A DNA stretch of 64,000 nucleotides from a bacterium (lineage in GTDB: Bacteria; Patescibacteriota; Minisyncoccia; Moranbacterales; UBA1568), in NCBI GenBank assembly GCA_021821305.1, contig JAKACP010000001.1:196934-260933 (forward strand). The letters are read 5' to 3'. How positions within the stretch are numbered: position 1 is the stretch's first letter; each line of letters starts with the position of its first letter. Below, in pieces: positions 48,144 to 58,287 of the stretch. The notes below the pieces were generated by a model. The model did no database searches. It was given only the letters and a program-made list of their open reading frames with translations, and was not told where the DNA came from. The position numbers and the translations under genes are program-made.

Positions 48144-48455
48144 CTACTCGAATCCCAACTGCGCCTTGGCGGCCTCGGTCATCTTGGATGGGTCCCACGG
48201 GGGATCGAAGGTGATCTCGGTCTTCACGTCCTCGATCTCGGGGATGGCCATGAGCGCCTCTTCGATCTGGGCTTCGATCACCCCGAAGAGCGGACAGCCC
48301 ATGGTGGTGAGCGTCATCGTGACCTTGGCGCGGCCGGACTTGGTCACGGAGACGCCGTAGACGAGGCCGAGATCCACGATCGAGATGCCGAGCTCGGGAT
48401 CGAGCACGGTTTTCAGTGCCGTTTCTATTTTCGTTTGGAGCTTTTGATCCTTCAT
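48144..48455 (-). CDS. SufT/PaaD (DUF59) Fe-S assembly protein
   Basis: DPELGISIVDLGLVY, TLTTMGCP and FDPPW. Confidence 0.92.
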   Translation of the reverse strand: MKDQKLQTKIETALKTVLDPELGISIVDLGLVYGVSVTKSGRAKVTMTLTTMGCPLFGVIEAQIEEALMAIPEIEDVKTEITFDPPWDPSKMTEAAKAQLGFE

Positions 48456-48575
48456 AAAAGAAAAACACAAATTTCAAAAAACAAAAACCAAACAAAGCAC
48501 AAATCCTAAAACACAAGCGGTTTGTAGACTGTGTTTTGTTTGGCTTTTTGTGTACCGTGTTTTGTGCTTTTGAAA
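48456..48575. repeat. Heptamer-built palindromic element, family II, copy Z
   Basis: CCAAACAA at 48488 and TTGTTTGG at 48536; left arm matches the reverse complement of the right arm of copy X. Confidence 0.75.
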
Positions 48576-48845
48576 TTACTCGGGGAATACCTGCTTTCCG
48601 TCCTTGTCCTTGATGATGATCGCGGCGACGGGGCAGGATCGGGCGGCATTGAGGATGGTGTCGGTCGAATCCTCGTCGGCCGTCGCGAGGACGGTCGCCT
48701 TGCCCTCGTCGTCGAGCCCGAACGTCTTGGGAGCCATCGCGGTGCAGGGCGCCGCGCCGATGCAGACATTGCGGTCGACTTCCACCGTCCAGCCGTTGGC
48801 GAGAGTGACCGGTCCGCTCGGTTTCGATTCGTCTTTGAGAGCCAT
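48576..48845 (-). CDS. Ferredoxin, probably 3Fe-4S
   Basis: CIGAAPC...SCPVAAI. Confidence 0.9.
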   Translation of the reverse strand: MALKDESKPSGPVTLANGWTVEVDRNVCIGAAPCTAMAPKTFGLDDEGKATVLATADEDSTDTILNAARSCPVAAIIIKDKDGKQVFPE

Positions 48846-48942
48846 AATGCTTCCGTTCGTTGATTACTTCCATAGTATAGCGGGAAAAAGGCAAAAAGAA
48901 AACCGGCTCCGATTATCGGAAAGCCGGTCTGAATACGAACCG

Positions 48943-50181
48943 TCAGAACCTGAACCCGCTTGGAATTATCACGATGCCGCTTGCGCTCACGTGGAAGCCT
49001 CTCGCTTCGTCGGCCTTACGATCGACGCCGATATGCGTACCAGGCGGAACAGCCGTTTCTTGGTCGACGATGGCGTTTTCGATCCGACTTCCGGCACCGA
49101 TCACTACCCCGTCAAACAGGATGGAGCGAGATACTTCCGCCCTGTCATAGATCTCGACCCGTCGACCGAGTATCGAATCTTCGACCATGCATCGCTGGAG
49201 GATGGATTTTCCACCAACGAGACAGGCCCGATCATGAGGGACGTTGATTCCGATCAGTTTGGCTCCCGGGAGATTGTCGGAGCCCGTCCGAATCGGCCAC
49301 GCTTCGGTGTTGTGGATATTGAATGGCGGATTGATGGAAATGATGTCCTGGTGGGATTGCCAATAGGCGTCGACCGTCCCGACATCGCGCCAGTAGTGTC
49401 CTCCCGCGCCCGAGACGACGTTGTCATTGAAGTTGTAGGCGAAGAGGTCCATCCCTTTTTCGATGAGATAGGGGATCACATCCTTCCCGAAGTCGAGCGC
49501 ATGTTCGATTTTTCCGGACATTTCCTGAAAAACCTCCCCGAGGAATTCCCGTTCAGCGATGTAGTTCCCCATGGATACGAGGCAATAGCCCGGTTTTCCG
49601 GGGATTTCTTTCGGATCCTTTTTCGGCTTTTCCTGAAAGCCGATGATCCGCATATTCGCATCGACTTCCAGTACGCCGAGCCCGCTTACCGAATCGGACG
49701 GCATTTCGAGTACGGAAACCGTGAACTTGGATCCGACATCGTAGTGGTAGGAGAGCATCTGTGAGAAGTCCATGGAATACACGTGGTCTCCGGAGAGTAT
49801 CGCAAGAGTCCGGAAATTCCCGATTTTTCCGATGATGCTCATATTCTGCTCGACGGCATCGGCGGTATCCTGATATTCCGTGTGTCGAATATGCTGTGGG
49901 AACAGCGGATATACGAAAAAATCATGCGCCGGATCCGAGTTCCACACATGTTGCAGATGGATCATGAGCTCGAAACTTCCGTACTGCGGCAGGACCACGA
50001 TATTCCGGAATCCGGAGTTTTCCAGGTTGGACATGGGGAAATCGATGATCCGGTATTTCCCTCCGAACGGAACGGCCGGTTTTGCCCGGCTTTCGGTGAG
50101 AGTCTTGAGCCGACTTCCGCGCCCCCCCGCAAGAACCATTGCGAGGACTTTTCTGGAAAGGTTGCTGGGATTGCGCATCAT
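48943..50181 (-). CDS. glgC: Glucose-1-phosphate adenylyltransferase
   Basis: LAGGRGSRL, RAKPAVPFGGKYRIIDF, SGDH, FQEKP and YWRDVGT. Confidence 0.93.
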   Translation of the reverse strand: MMRNPSNLSRKVLAMVLAGGRGSRLKTLTESRAKPAVPFGGKYRIIDFPMSNLENSGFRNIVVLPQYGSFELMIHLQHVWNSDPAHDFFVYPLFPQHIRHTEYQDTADAVEQNMSIIGKIGNFRTLAILSGDHVYSMDFSQMLSYHYDVGSKFTVSVLEMPSDSVSGLGVLEVDANMRIIGFQEKPKKDPKEIPGKPGYCLVSMGNYIAEREFLGEVFQEMSGKIEHALDFGKDVIPYLIEKGMDLFAYNFNDNVVSGAGGHYWRDVGTVDAYWQSHQDIISINPPFNIHNTEAWPIRTGSDNLPGAKLIGINVPHDRACLVGGKSILQRCMVEDSILGRRVEIYDRAEVSRSILFDGVVIGAGSRIENAIVDQETAVPPGTHIGVDRKADEARGFHVSASGIVIIPSGFRF

Positions 50182-50231
50182 GTGCCTCCTTCTGGCGTCG
50201 TTGAGAAAAAGTTGTGAAGAAACAGGTAAAA

Positions 50232-50260
50232 ATCGTACCAGGAATTAGTACACTTGTCAA
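50232..50260 (-). promoter_or_regulatory. Promoter of glgC
   Basis: TTGACA-17 bp-TACGAT on the minus strand. Confidence 0.6.
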
Positions 50261-50274
50261 GGAAATACCTTCTT

Positions 50275-50637
50275 TTATCGCTTTTTTATCGCTTTTTTCA
50301 GCGTTTCAAGCGAGAGGAGCGCGCATTTCATGCGGGTCGGGGAGAGGGTGACGCCGAGGAGGCCGAGTACGTCCTTGGGCCCGAGCGCGAGCGCCCACGT
50401 GACGGATTTCCCTTTGACGTGTTCCGTGAGCAAAGACGCCGCCGCCTGGGATATGGCACAGCCGACACCTTGAAAACCGATGTCGTCGATGACGCCGTCC
50501 TTCACCGAAACGTCGATCGCGAGGCGGTCTCCGCACGTCGGGTTCTTGGCTTCGCCGTGACAGGGGCACGACGGGATCGCCTTGAAGTTGCGCGGGTTCC
50601 GATAGTGATCGAGGATGATGTCCTGGTAAATTTCCAT
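50275..50637 (-). CDS. sufU: SufU/IscU-type protein
   Basis: ILDHY, NPTCGD, GCAISQA and RMKCA. Confidence 0.92.
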   Translation of the reverse strand: MEIYQDIILDHYRNPRNFKAIPSCPCHGEAKNPTCGDRLAIDVSVKDGVIDDIGFQGVGCAISQAAASLLTEHVKGKSVTWALALGPKDVLGLLGVTLSPTRMKCALLSLETLKKAIKKR

Positions 50638-50639
50638 AA

Positions 50640-51887
50640 TCAGATATTGAAAATCTTTCTCGCGTCACGCATGCCGTCTATCAGCCGGTCGACGTCGCCC
50701 TCTTCGGTATAGACCGAAAAACTCACGCGCGCGGTGGCGGGGATATCGAGCGCGCGGTGGAGCGGCGCGGCGCAGTGCTCGCCGGCACGGATGGCGATAT
50801 TCTTTTCGCCGAGTACCTGGGCGAGGTCGTGCGGGTGTACGCCGGAAAGCGTGAAGGAAACGAGCCCGCCGCGATCTTCCGCCTTTTCGGGGCCGTAGAT
50901 CGTTATGTCGGCTCCGAAGGAGGATCGCAGTCTGTCGAGAGCGTAGCGGGTGATTCCGATCTCGTGTTCCCGTATGGCGCTTCCGCCTATCCCCCCGATG
51001 AAGTCGATCGCCGCACCGAAACCGATGATGGCGGCGATATCCGGCGTTCCCGCCTCGAAGCGATGAGGGATGTCTTTGTAAATGGAAGCGCAAGCCCGCC
51101 CCGCCGCAGGCGGGTTCGGGTAAACATCCAGCACCATGCCGCCGCCCACCTGATAGGGCGGGAGCGTTTCGAGGATTCCGCGCTTCCCATAGAGGATTCC
51201 GACGCCGGTCGGGCCGAACATCTTGTGTCCCGAGAAGGCGAGGAAATCGCAATCCCACTCGCGCACATCGATCGCGACATGTCCCGCGGCCTGGGCGGCG
51301 TCGACGATCGTCAGGATCCCGGGATTGAGGCGCTTCGCCTCCCGGACGAACGCGGCGACCGGGTTGATCGTCCCGAGAACGTTCGAGACGGCCGGGAACG
51401 CGAAGATGCTTGTCTCGGACCCCACATGGTTCCGAAGTATCTCCATGTCGATGGATCCATCTGCGGAGAGGGGAATGACGCGGAGTTCGGCGCCGCGTTC
51501 CCGCGCGAGCCGCTCCCAGGGGAGGAAGTTCGAATGATGCTCCATCGCGGTCACGACGATGTTGTCGTCCCGTTTCACGCGATCGGCGAGGACGGAGGCG
51601 AGGAGGTTCATCGACTCGGTGGTGCCATGGGTGAAGATGACCTCTTCCGTGTCCGCTCCGATGAAGCGGGCGGTCTTTTCGCGCGTTCCTTCCATCCGCG
51701 CCGTCGTCTCTTCGGCGAGCGGATAGAGCCCGCGCCCGACATTGGTCGAGAGCGTCTCGTAGTATCCGGAGACGGCGTCGATCACGGTCTCGGGCTTGAG
51801 CGCCGTCGCGGCCGAATCAAGATACGTCAGGTCGGGATGATGACGGAAGATGGGGAAATCGTTCTTCATGCCCTGGATGTTTTTCAT
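50640..51887 (-). CDS. sufS: Cysteine desulfurase
   Basis: YLDSAAT, EHHSN, SGHKM, FEAGTP and RAGEHCA. Confidence 0.93.
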   Translation of the reverse strand: MKNIQGMKNDFPIFRHHPDLTYLDSAATALKPETVIDAVSGYYETLSTNVGRGLYPLAEETTARMEGTREKTARFIGADTEEVIFTHGTTESMNLLASVLADRVKRDDNIVVTAMEHHSNFLPWERLARERGAELRVIPLSADGSIDMEILRNHVGSETSIFAFPAVSNVLGTINPVAAFVREAKRLNPGILTIVDAAQAAGHVAIDVREWDCDFLAFSGHKMFGPTGVGILYGKRGILETLPPYQVGGGMVLDVYPNPPAAGRACASIYKDIPHRFEAGTPDIAAIIGFGAAIDFIGGIGGSAIREHEIGITRYALDRLRSSFGADITIYGPEKAEDRGGLVSFTLSGVHPHDLAQVLGEKNIAIRAGEHCAAPLHRALDIPATARVSFSVYTEEGDVDRLIDGMRDARKIFNI

Positions 51888-52477
51888 ATGGTGATGAGAG
51901 GATCCCTCTCGTATTTCGCGAGCTCCGGAAACGTCCCGTACCGTCCGATTTCCTCGAACAGGGATTTCCTGAATCCGTCGGCCAACAGGCGCTCGGCCTG
52001 CTTGCCGTCGAGTCCCCTCGTCTTCATGTAGAGGATCGCCTCCTCGGAGAGGGTCCCGGTCGTCGAGGCGTGCTCGCAGGCGACATCGTTCGTCAGTATC
52101 TCGAGCGAGGGGATCGAGACGGCCGACGCCGATTCGGAGAGGAGGAGGTTCCGGTTCTCCTGTTTCGCGTCGGATCCGTCCGCGCCCTTGTCGATGCGGA
52201 TGAGCCCTCCGTAGGAGAGCGAGGACGCGTCCGAAAGCAGACTCTTCACCAGCGCGGAGGATGTCGTGTCCGGAGCCTTGTGGTGCTGGAGGATGTCGAG
52301 CGAGAACTGTCCGTTTCCGGCCCCTTCGAAGAGCGCGAATATGCGCGCTTCCGCGCCTCTCCCGGCGAGCACGAATTCCAGTGTGCCGGAGCGGTTCTTC
52401 ATGAAGAAAACGGCCTTCTCGTTTTCCCCGAGGACATAGCGGTTTTTCTTCGAGTCGGTGATGTCGATGAATCGCAT
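51884..52477 (-). CDS. sufD: Short SufD-like protein
   Basis: NLLLS, PSLEI..DV.CEHAS and YMKTRGL. Confidence 0.85.
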   Translation of the reverse strand: MRFIDITDSKKNRYVLGENEKAVFFMKNRSGTLEFVLAGRGAEARIFALFEGAGNGQFSLDILQHHKAPDTTSSALVKSLLSDASSLSYGGLIRIDKGADGSDAKQENRNLLLSESASAVSIPSLEILTNDVACEHASTTGTLSEEAILYMKTRGLDGKQAERLLADGFRKSLFEEIGRYGTFPELAKYERDPLITI

Positions 52478-52480
52478 AGG

Positions 52481-53875
52481 TCAGCCGATAGAGCCTTTCA
52501 TCTCGAGGTCCATGAGCCGGTTGAGCTCGATGGAATATTCGAGCGGGATTTCGCGCGCGACCGGTTCGATGAAGCCGTTGACGAGGAGCCCCTCGGCGTC
52601 ATCTTCCGATATCCCGCGGGAGGCGAGGTAGAAGAGCTTGTCGAGCGAGAGCTTCTCGACGCGCGCCTCGTGCTCGATACGGGCGTCCTTGGATCGGATC
52701 CGCATCGTCGGGTACGTGTCGGAACGGGATTGCGGGTCGAGGAGGAGCGCATCGCAGACCACCGAGGAAGAGGCCCGCTTGGCTCCGGGGGCGACATGGA
52801 CGAGTCCGCGATAGGATGTCCGACCGCCGTCCTTGGAGATGGATTTCGACACGATGCGCGACGAAGTGTCGCTCGCGAGGTGGACCATCTTCGCGCCGGC
52901 GTCCTGATGCTGGTCCTTACCGGCGAACGCGATCGAGAGCACCTCGCCGCGGGCGCCCCGGCCCGCGAGGTAGACGGCCGGGTATTTCATGGTCACGCCG
53001 GAGCCGATGTTGCAGTCGATCCATTCCATGATCGCACCTTCTTCGGCGCGGGCGCGCTTGGTGACGAGGTTGTAGATGTTCTTGCTCCAGTTCTGGACGG
53101 TCGTGTATCGGACGCGCGCGTTCTTGTGGACGAAGATCTCGACGACCGCGGCGTGGAGCGACGCGGAAGTGTAGATGGGAGCGGTGCATCCTTCGATATA
53201 GTGGACCGAAGAGCCCTCCTCGGCGATGATGATGGTGCGCTCGAACTGTCCGAAACGTTCCGCATTGATCCGGAAATAGGCCTGGAGCGGGAGGGTCACC
53301 TTCACGTTTTTCGGGACATACACGAATGATCCTCCCGACCAGACGGCGGAATTGAGGGCCGCGAACTTGTTGTCGCCCTGGGGGATGAGGGTGCCGAAAT
53401 ATTTCCGGACCAATGCCGGATACTTCCTGACCGCGGTGTCCATGTCGCAGAAGATCACGCCCTTCTTCGAGAGTTCCTTCTGGATGCTCTCGTAGACGAC
53501 TTCCGATTCGTACTGCGCGGAGACGCCGGCGAGGAACTTCTTCTCCGCCTCGGGGACGCCGATCTTGTCGTAGGTGTCCTTGATTTCCTGAGGGAGGTCG
53601 GCCCATGCGTCGGCGTTGCCCTCGGACGCCTTGAGGTAGTAGGTGATGTCCTGGAAGTCTATCTTCGAGAGATCGGCTCCGAAGCTCGGCACCTTTTTCT
53701 TCTTGAACACCTCGAAGCTTTCCAGCCGGTACTTCCGCATCCACGCGGGTTCACCTTTCATGTCGGATATTTCCGCCACGATGCGCGCCGAAAGTCCGGG
53801 ACGGGTCTTTTTGACCGATCGTTCCGGCATCGAAAATCCGTAGCGGTAATCGAAATCGATGGATTCCTGTTTCAT
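52481..53875 (-). CDS. sufB: Fe-S assembly protein SufB
   Basis: AQYESE, GQFERT, YIEGC and LHAAVVE. Confidence 0.96.
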   Translation of the reverse strand: MKQESIDFDYRYGFSMPERSVKKTRPGLSARIVAEISDMKGEPAWMRKYRLESFEVFKKKKVPSFGADLSKIDFQDITYYLKASEGNADAWADLPQEIKDTYDKIGVPEAEKKFLAGVSAQYESEVVYESIQKELSKKGVIFCDMDTAVRKYPALVRKYFGTLIPQGDNKFAALNSAVWSGGSFVYVPKNVKVTLPLQAYFRINAERFGQFERTIIIAEEGSSVHYIEGCTAPIYTSASLHAAVVEIFVHKNARVRYTTVQNWSKNIYNLVTKRARAEEGAIMEWIDCNIGSGVTMKYPAVYLAGRGARGEVLSIAFAGKDQHQDAGAKMVHLASDTSSRIVSKSISKDGGRTSYRGLVHVAPGAKRASSSVVCDALLLDPQSRSDTYPTMRIRSKDARIEHEARVEKLSLDKLFYLASRGISEDDAEGLLVNGFIEPVAREIPLEYSIELNRLMDLEMKGSIG

Positions 53876-53876
53876 G

Positions 53877-54590
53877 TCAGATATTTTCAAATCCCTTCTT
53901 CTCTATCTCGGTCGCGAGCACGGAAGTGCCGCTCCGCGCGATCGCTCCCTCGCGCATCACGAAGACGCGGTCCGGCTTGAGGTACCGGAGTATCCTCGTC
54001 GAGTGCGTGATGATGAGGATCGAGCTCTCCTTCGTACGGTGCTTTCCGAGGAACCGGGCGATCTTCCGGAGCGCGTCGACGTCGGCACCCGAGTCGATCT
54101 CGTCGAGGATGAGGAGCTTGGGGGCGAGTATGCCGGCCTGGAGCGCCTCGACCTTCTTCTTCTCGCCGCCGGAAAATCCGTCGTGGATCGAACGGAAGAG
54201 GAGGCTCTCGTCGATGCCGAGCTCCTTGGCGTACGCTTTCGCGCGGGTGCGGAGCGTGAGCGGGTCCTCTTTTCCTTCGCGGGCGAGGCGGAGGAGATCG
54301 AGGACGGAGACGCCGGGCAGGGGAAGCGGATTCTGGAACGAGAGGAATATCCCGAGCTTAGCCCGCTTTTCCGGGGGAAGATTCTTTATGGATTTTCCCT
54401 CGAAGAGGATGTTCCCGTTCCGGCCGACCGTGAAGTTCGGATTGCCGGCTATCGCGTGGGCGAGCGTCGACTTTCCGGATCCGTTCGGTCCCATGAGCAC
54501 CGCGATCTCGCCTTTCCGGATGTGGAGGGAGAGGCGTTTCAGTATCGGTTTCGATCCGACTTTCACGCTGAGGTTGCTGAGTTCGAGCAT
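53877..54590 (-). CDS. sufC: Fe-S assembly ATPase SufC
   Basis: GPNGSGKST, GFSGGEKKK and LDEIDSG. Confidence 0.95.
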   Translation of the reverse strand: MLELSNLSVKVGSKPILKRLSLHIRKGEIAVLMGPNGSGKSTLAHAIAGNPNFTVGRNGNILFEGKSIKNLPPEKRAKLGIFLSFQNPLPLPGVSVLDLLRLAREGKEDPLTLRTRAKAYAKELGIDESLLFRSIHDGFSGGEKKKVEALQAGILAPKLLILDEIDSGADVDALRKIARFLGKHRTKESSILIITHSTRILRYLKPDRVFVMREGAIARSGTSVLATEIEKKGFENI

Positions 54591-54594
54591 ATGG

Positions 54595-54996
54595 TTATCG
54601 TATCAATGAGTCGAGGGTGATATCCGAGAGGGTTTTTTCTATCTTCTGTTCGAGCACGCGCCAGAGTTCGTTCGTCTGGCAGTGCGAGGGGATGGAGCAT
54701 GGGAGGACGCCTTTCGGAGTCGGCGGCGGGCTGATGCGGGGGAAGGGACTGTCGAGCGCGGAAAGCACGTTCCAGGCGCTTATCTCATCGGCGCCTCGGG
54801 CGAGGGAGTAGCCTCCCTCGACGCCTTTTTTCGCGACGACCACCCCGGATTTCTTCAGTTTCTGAAGGATTTTCTCGAGAAAGTCCGCCGGCAGATGTTC
54901 GGATATCGCCAGATCATGCGCGGATACGGGATTTTTCGACGCGGAGAGGCGTATCGCCGCCCGCATGCCGTAGTAGGCTTTTTTCGATATCTTCAT
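54595..54996 (-). CDS. Rrf2-family regulator (IscR/SufR-like)
   Basis: YYGMRA, FLEKILQKL and GVEGGYSLAR; heads the suf operon. Confidence 0.9.
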   Translation of the reverse strand: MKISKKAYYGMRAAIRLSASKNPVSAHDLAISEHLPADFLEKILQKLKKSGVVVAKKGVEGGYSLARGADEISAWNVLSALDSPFPRISPPPTPKGVLPCSIPSHCQTNELWRVLEQKIEKTLSDITLDSLIR

Positions 54997-54999
54997 AGT

Positions 55000-55030
55000 A
55001 TGAAAGTGGACCTATTTAGTCCGAATTTAT
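55000..55030. promoter_or_regulatory. Putative Rrf2 operator
   Basis: GGAC-N7-GTCC palindrome with AT-rich flanks just upstream of the Rrf2 gene. Confidence 0.5.
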
Positions 55031-55107
55031 GGTACCAAACAGGCACAAACGTGTCAATGAGCGCTTCAAACCCTTGAGTTTTTGCGGAAACTTCTGTACC
55101 TTCCTTC

Positions 55108-55299
55108 TAAGAGTCTGTTCAACATCTCACCGCTTTACATATAAAGGAAACCCTCTCGCTTGTCGTCCAATACTTCAGAATTTCGGCTGCAAATCATTTA
55201 TCACTCGTCGGCTTATCGCGATAGGCCTTCTTGCGATGCATGATGTTCGCTCGAAATTCTGAAGTACTGGCTCGACATGAGATATTGAACAGACTCTTA
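55108..55299. repeat. Structured dispersed element, family I, copy C
   Basis: 22-bp terminal inverted repeat with 1 mismatch plus the shared internal motifs. Confidence 0.88.
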
Positions 55300-56276
55300 T
55301 GGATATACACATGGGTTTTTGGAAAAAACTGCGAAAACCGTTCCTAGTGCTCGCACCGCTGGACGATGTCACGGACGCGGCGTTCCGCCGTATCATCGTG
55401 AAATACGGCAGGCCCGATGTCGTCTGGACGGAATTCGTCTCGGCGGACGGGCTCATGCACCCGGAGGGCAGGAAGGCGATACTTCCCAAACTCTGGTTCG
55501 ATGAGAGCGAGCGGCCGATCGTCGCGCAGCTTTTTTCGGCGTTTCCGGAAAAGATGCGCGGGGCGGCGAAGCTGGTGGCCGAGCTCGGGTTCGACGGGAT
55601 CGACATCAATATGGGCTGTCCGGACAAGGCGATCAACAAGCAGGGAGCGGGTGCGGCCTGCATACGTGATTTCGGGTTGGCGCAGGATCTCATCCGGAGC
55701 GCGAAGGCGGGCATCCATGACGCAGGGAAGGATATTCCCGTTTCCGTGAAGACACGCCTCGGGTTCGATACCGATATACTCGAGGAGTGGCTGCCGGCGC
55801 TTCTCGAAGCCGGACCGGCCGTCATCACGCTCCATGCCCGGACGAGGAAGGAGATGTCCGATGTGCCGGCCCACTGGGACCGCGTCGCCCGCGCGGTCGA
55901 GATCGCGGCCGGGTCCGGGACGCTCATCATAGGGAACGGCGATGTCCGCGACCTCGCGCATGCGCGCGTACTCGCCGCCGAAACCGGAGCCGACGGCGTC
56001 ATGCTGGGGCGCGCCATATTCGGAAATCCGTGGCTTTTCGCCGAGGATGGGGAGGATGTTCCCATGACGGAGCGGCTCCGCGTCATGGTCGAACACACGA
56101 GGCTCTACGAGGAACTCTTCACCGGAGTGAAAAGCTTCGATCTCATGAGGAAACACTATCATGCCTACGCGCACGGGTTCCCGGGTGCGAAGGAACTGCG
56201 GATCCGGCTCATGGATTGTCGTGATGCCCGCTCCGTGGAGGAAACGGTGGCCGAGTTTCTTGGCAGGCATGCCTGA
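55299..56276 (+). CDS. tRNA-dihydrouridine synthase
   Basis: LAPL, TEFV, DINMGCP, VSVKTRLG, LHART and GNGD. Confidence 0.93.
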   Translation: MDIHMGFWKKLRKPFLVLAPLDDVTDAAFRRIIVKYGRPDVVWTEFVSADGLMHPEGRKAILPKLWFDESERPIVAQLFSAFPEKMRGAAKLVAELGFDGIDINMGCPDKAINKQGAGAACIRDFGLAQDLIRSAKAGIHDAGKDIPVSVKTRLGFDTDILEEWLPALLEAGPAVITLHARTRKEMSDVPAHWDRVARAVEIAAGSGTLIIGNGDVRDLAHARVLAAETGADGVMLGRAIFGNPWLFAEDGEDVPMTERLRVMVEHTRLYEELFTGVKSFDLMRKHYHAYAHGFPGAKELRIRLMDCRDARSVEETVAEFLGRHA

Positions 56277-56359
56277 GTGAGGAGTTTCGTCCCGCGTTGA
56301 CAGTTCCGGAGAAATGAGACAAGATAGGATTCACGTTTTTCATGAGAGGAGGACTGAAG

Positions 56360-56773
56360 ATGGCAGTGAAAAGTGACGATGAAGTGTTGGCCGGTCTCGC
56401 GAGGCAGGCGCTCAAGACCGCCGAACAGCTCCGGGATCCCAACGATGGTCCGGAAAAAAAGGAGGCCCTGCGTCTCTCCTGCATAAACCTCAGATCGTTT
56501 CTGACGGTGTGGGGGAAATCCAAGTCTCGGCCCCTGGAAGGGAGCCTGCATGATACGGTGTTCCATATCATCACCGACGCACAGAGACAGTCCGGCATGC
56601 CGAACGCGAGCCGGGAGAAAATGGCCGGGTTCGCGAAGAGGGCCATGCGATTGTGTATCGCTCCCGGGAGCTGGAACCGCGACATCGCGGTGAAATTCTT
56701 TCAGCGGATAGGAGAGATGGCCGGCGCGGAACGCGAAAAATCGCTTCCGTCCCGCGAAGACGCGATCCACTGA
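56360..56773 (+). CDS. Hypothetical protein
   Basis: AGGAGG RBS and an ORF filling the dus-mnmA gap. Confidence 0.55.
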   Translation: MAVKSDDEVLAGLARQALKTAEQLRDPNDGPEKKEALRLSCINLRSFLTVWGKSKSRPLEGSLHDTVFHIITDAQRQSGMPNASREKMAGFAKRAMRLCIAPGSWNRDIAVKFFQRIGEMAGAEREKSLPSREDAIH

Positions 56774-56856
56774 GACGATGCGGGAGGATGATATTCCTCC
56801 CGCTCTTTTTTTACCGTATCATTCCCATTTCCGTGATTTCCTGTTTGAATGGTCGT

Positions 56857-57909
56857 ATGAAGATAGCGATGCTCATATCCGGCGGAGTGGACAGTTCCGT
56901 ATCCTTGCGGCTCCTTAAGGATGCGGGACACGATATCACCGCTTTTTATCTCAAGATCTGGCTCGAGGACGAACTGTCGTTCCTCGGGGAGTGCCCGTGG
57001 GAGGAGGATATCGAATACGTGAGCCGGGTGTGCCGTGAAGCCGGCGTCCCCTTCGAGGTCGTGCCGTTCCAGAAGGAATACTGGGAACGCGTCGTCTCGT
57101 ACGTGATCGAGGAGGCACGGCTCGGCCGGACCCCGAATCCCGACGTGTTCTGCAATGCGTGGATCAAGTTCGGAATCTTCTACGATCGCTTCGGCAAGGA
57201 TTTCGACAAGGTCGCGACGGGACACTACGCGCAGACGGAGGAACGGGACGGTCTGTCGGTTCTCAAGAAGTCGCCGGACCCGGTGAAGGATCAGACGTAT
57301 TTTCTTTCCCGGCTCACGCAGGCACAGCTGTCGAAGGCGCTCTTTCCGATCGGGAAATATCGGAAGGAGGAAGTCCGCGAGCTCGCGCGGACATACGACC
57401 TCCCGAACGCGGAGCGCAAGGACAGCCAGGGGATATGTTTTCTCGGGGCCGTGGCGTTCGATAAGTTTCTCGAACACTATCTCGGGACGAAGGAGGGCGA
57501 CATCATGGATATGAAGACCGGAAAAAAAATCGGCAGGCACCGGGGATACTGGTTCCACACGATCGGGCAGCGCCGCGGGCTGGGCCTCTCCGGCGGACCC
57601 TGGTATGTCGCGGGCAAAGACATGGCGTCGAATACCGTGCTCGTCTCCAATGCGTGGCGGAGCGAGGAGATGGAGCGGAGCGAGTTCGCCGTCTGCGAGC
57701 TCAGCTGGATCGCCGGCGTTCCTCCCGAAAAAACGCGCCTCTCCGTGAAGATCCGACACGGAGCGAAGGAATATCCCTGCGATATCGTCTTCGGGGAAAA
57801 CGGAGACCTCACGGTGAAGCTCGACGGCTCGGACCGCGGTATCGCGTCGGGGCAGATCGCCGCGTTCTATGACGGGGATTATTGTCTCGGGAGCGGCATC
57901 ATCGCGTGA
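56857..57909 (+). CDS. mnmA: tRNA 2-thiouridylase
   Basis: SGGVDS, TPNPD..CN, ATGHYA, KDQTYFL, DSQGICF and TIGQRRGL. Confidence 0.96.
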   Translation: MKIAMLISGGVDSSVSLRLLKDAGHDITAFYLKIWLEDELSFLGECPWEEDIEYVSRVCREAGVPFEVVPFQKEYWERVVSYVIEEARLGRTPNPDVFCNAWIKFGIFYDRFGKDFDKVATGHYAQTEERDGLSVLKKSPDPVKDQTYFLSRLTQAQLSKALFPIGKYRKEEVRELARTYDLPNAERKDSQGICFLGAVAFDKFLEHYLGTKEGDIMDMKTGKKIGRHRGYWFHTIGQRRGLGLSGGPWYVAGKDMASNTVLVSNAWRSEEMERSEFAVCELSWIAGVPPEKTRLSVKIRHGAKEYPCDIVFGENGDLTVKLDGSDRGIASGQIAAFYDGDYCLGSGIIA

Positions 57910-57975
57910 TCCGATATCGACGATCCCGTGATACAATGAAAAACCGTCGGAAATGTTTCCGACGGCCGATATGCT

Positions 57976-58239
57976 TCAGGGCTGGAGATGGGCATGTTCG
58001 AGGAGCTGGAGCTCGGTGGCGCCATCGGTATCCGTGCCGAGGATCCGTACTTTGGCGACGACCTCCGATCGTGAGCTGATGGCCTTGCGCAGTTTGTTCG
58101 AAAAGACTTCCATGAGATGTTCTCTCGAGAGCTGGTTTCCGGACATCGAGAGCACGTTCCATGACGTCGCGAGCTCGGAGCCTTTTATGGAAAACAGCCC
58201 CGCGGGGGAATAGCTGAGTAATGCGATTCTCTTCGGCAT
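57976..58239 (-). CDS. Hypothetical protein
   Basis: AGGAGG RBS and upstream TTGACA. Confidence 0.5.
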   Translation of the reverse strand: MPKRIALLSYSPAGLFSIKGSELATSWNVLSMSGNQLSREHLMEVFSNKLRKAISSRSEVVAKVRILGTDTDGATELQLLEHAHLQP

Positions 58240-58287
58240 GATCCGTTCCTCCTCTTGTGAAAAAACGATATACCATTTTCTTATACC

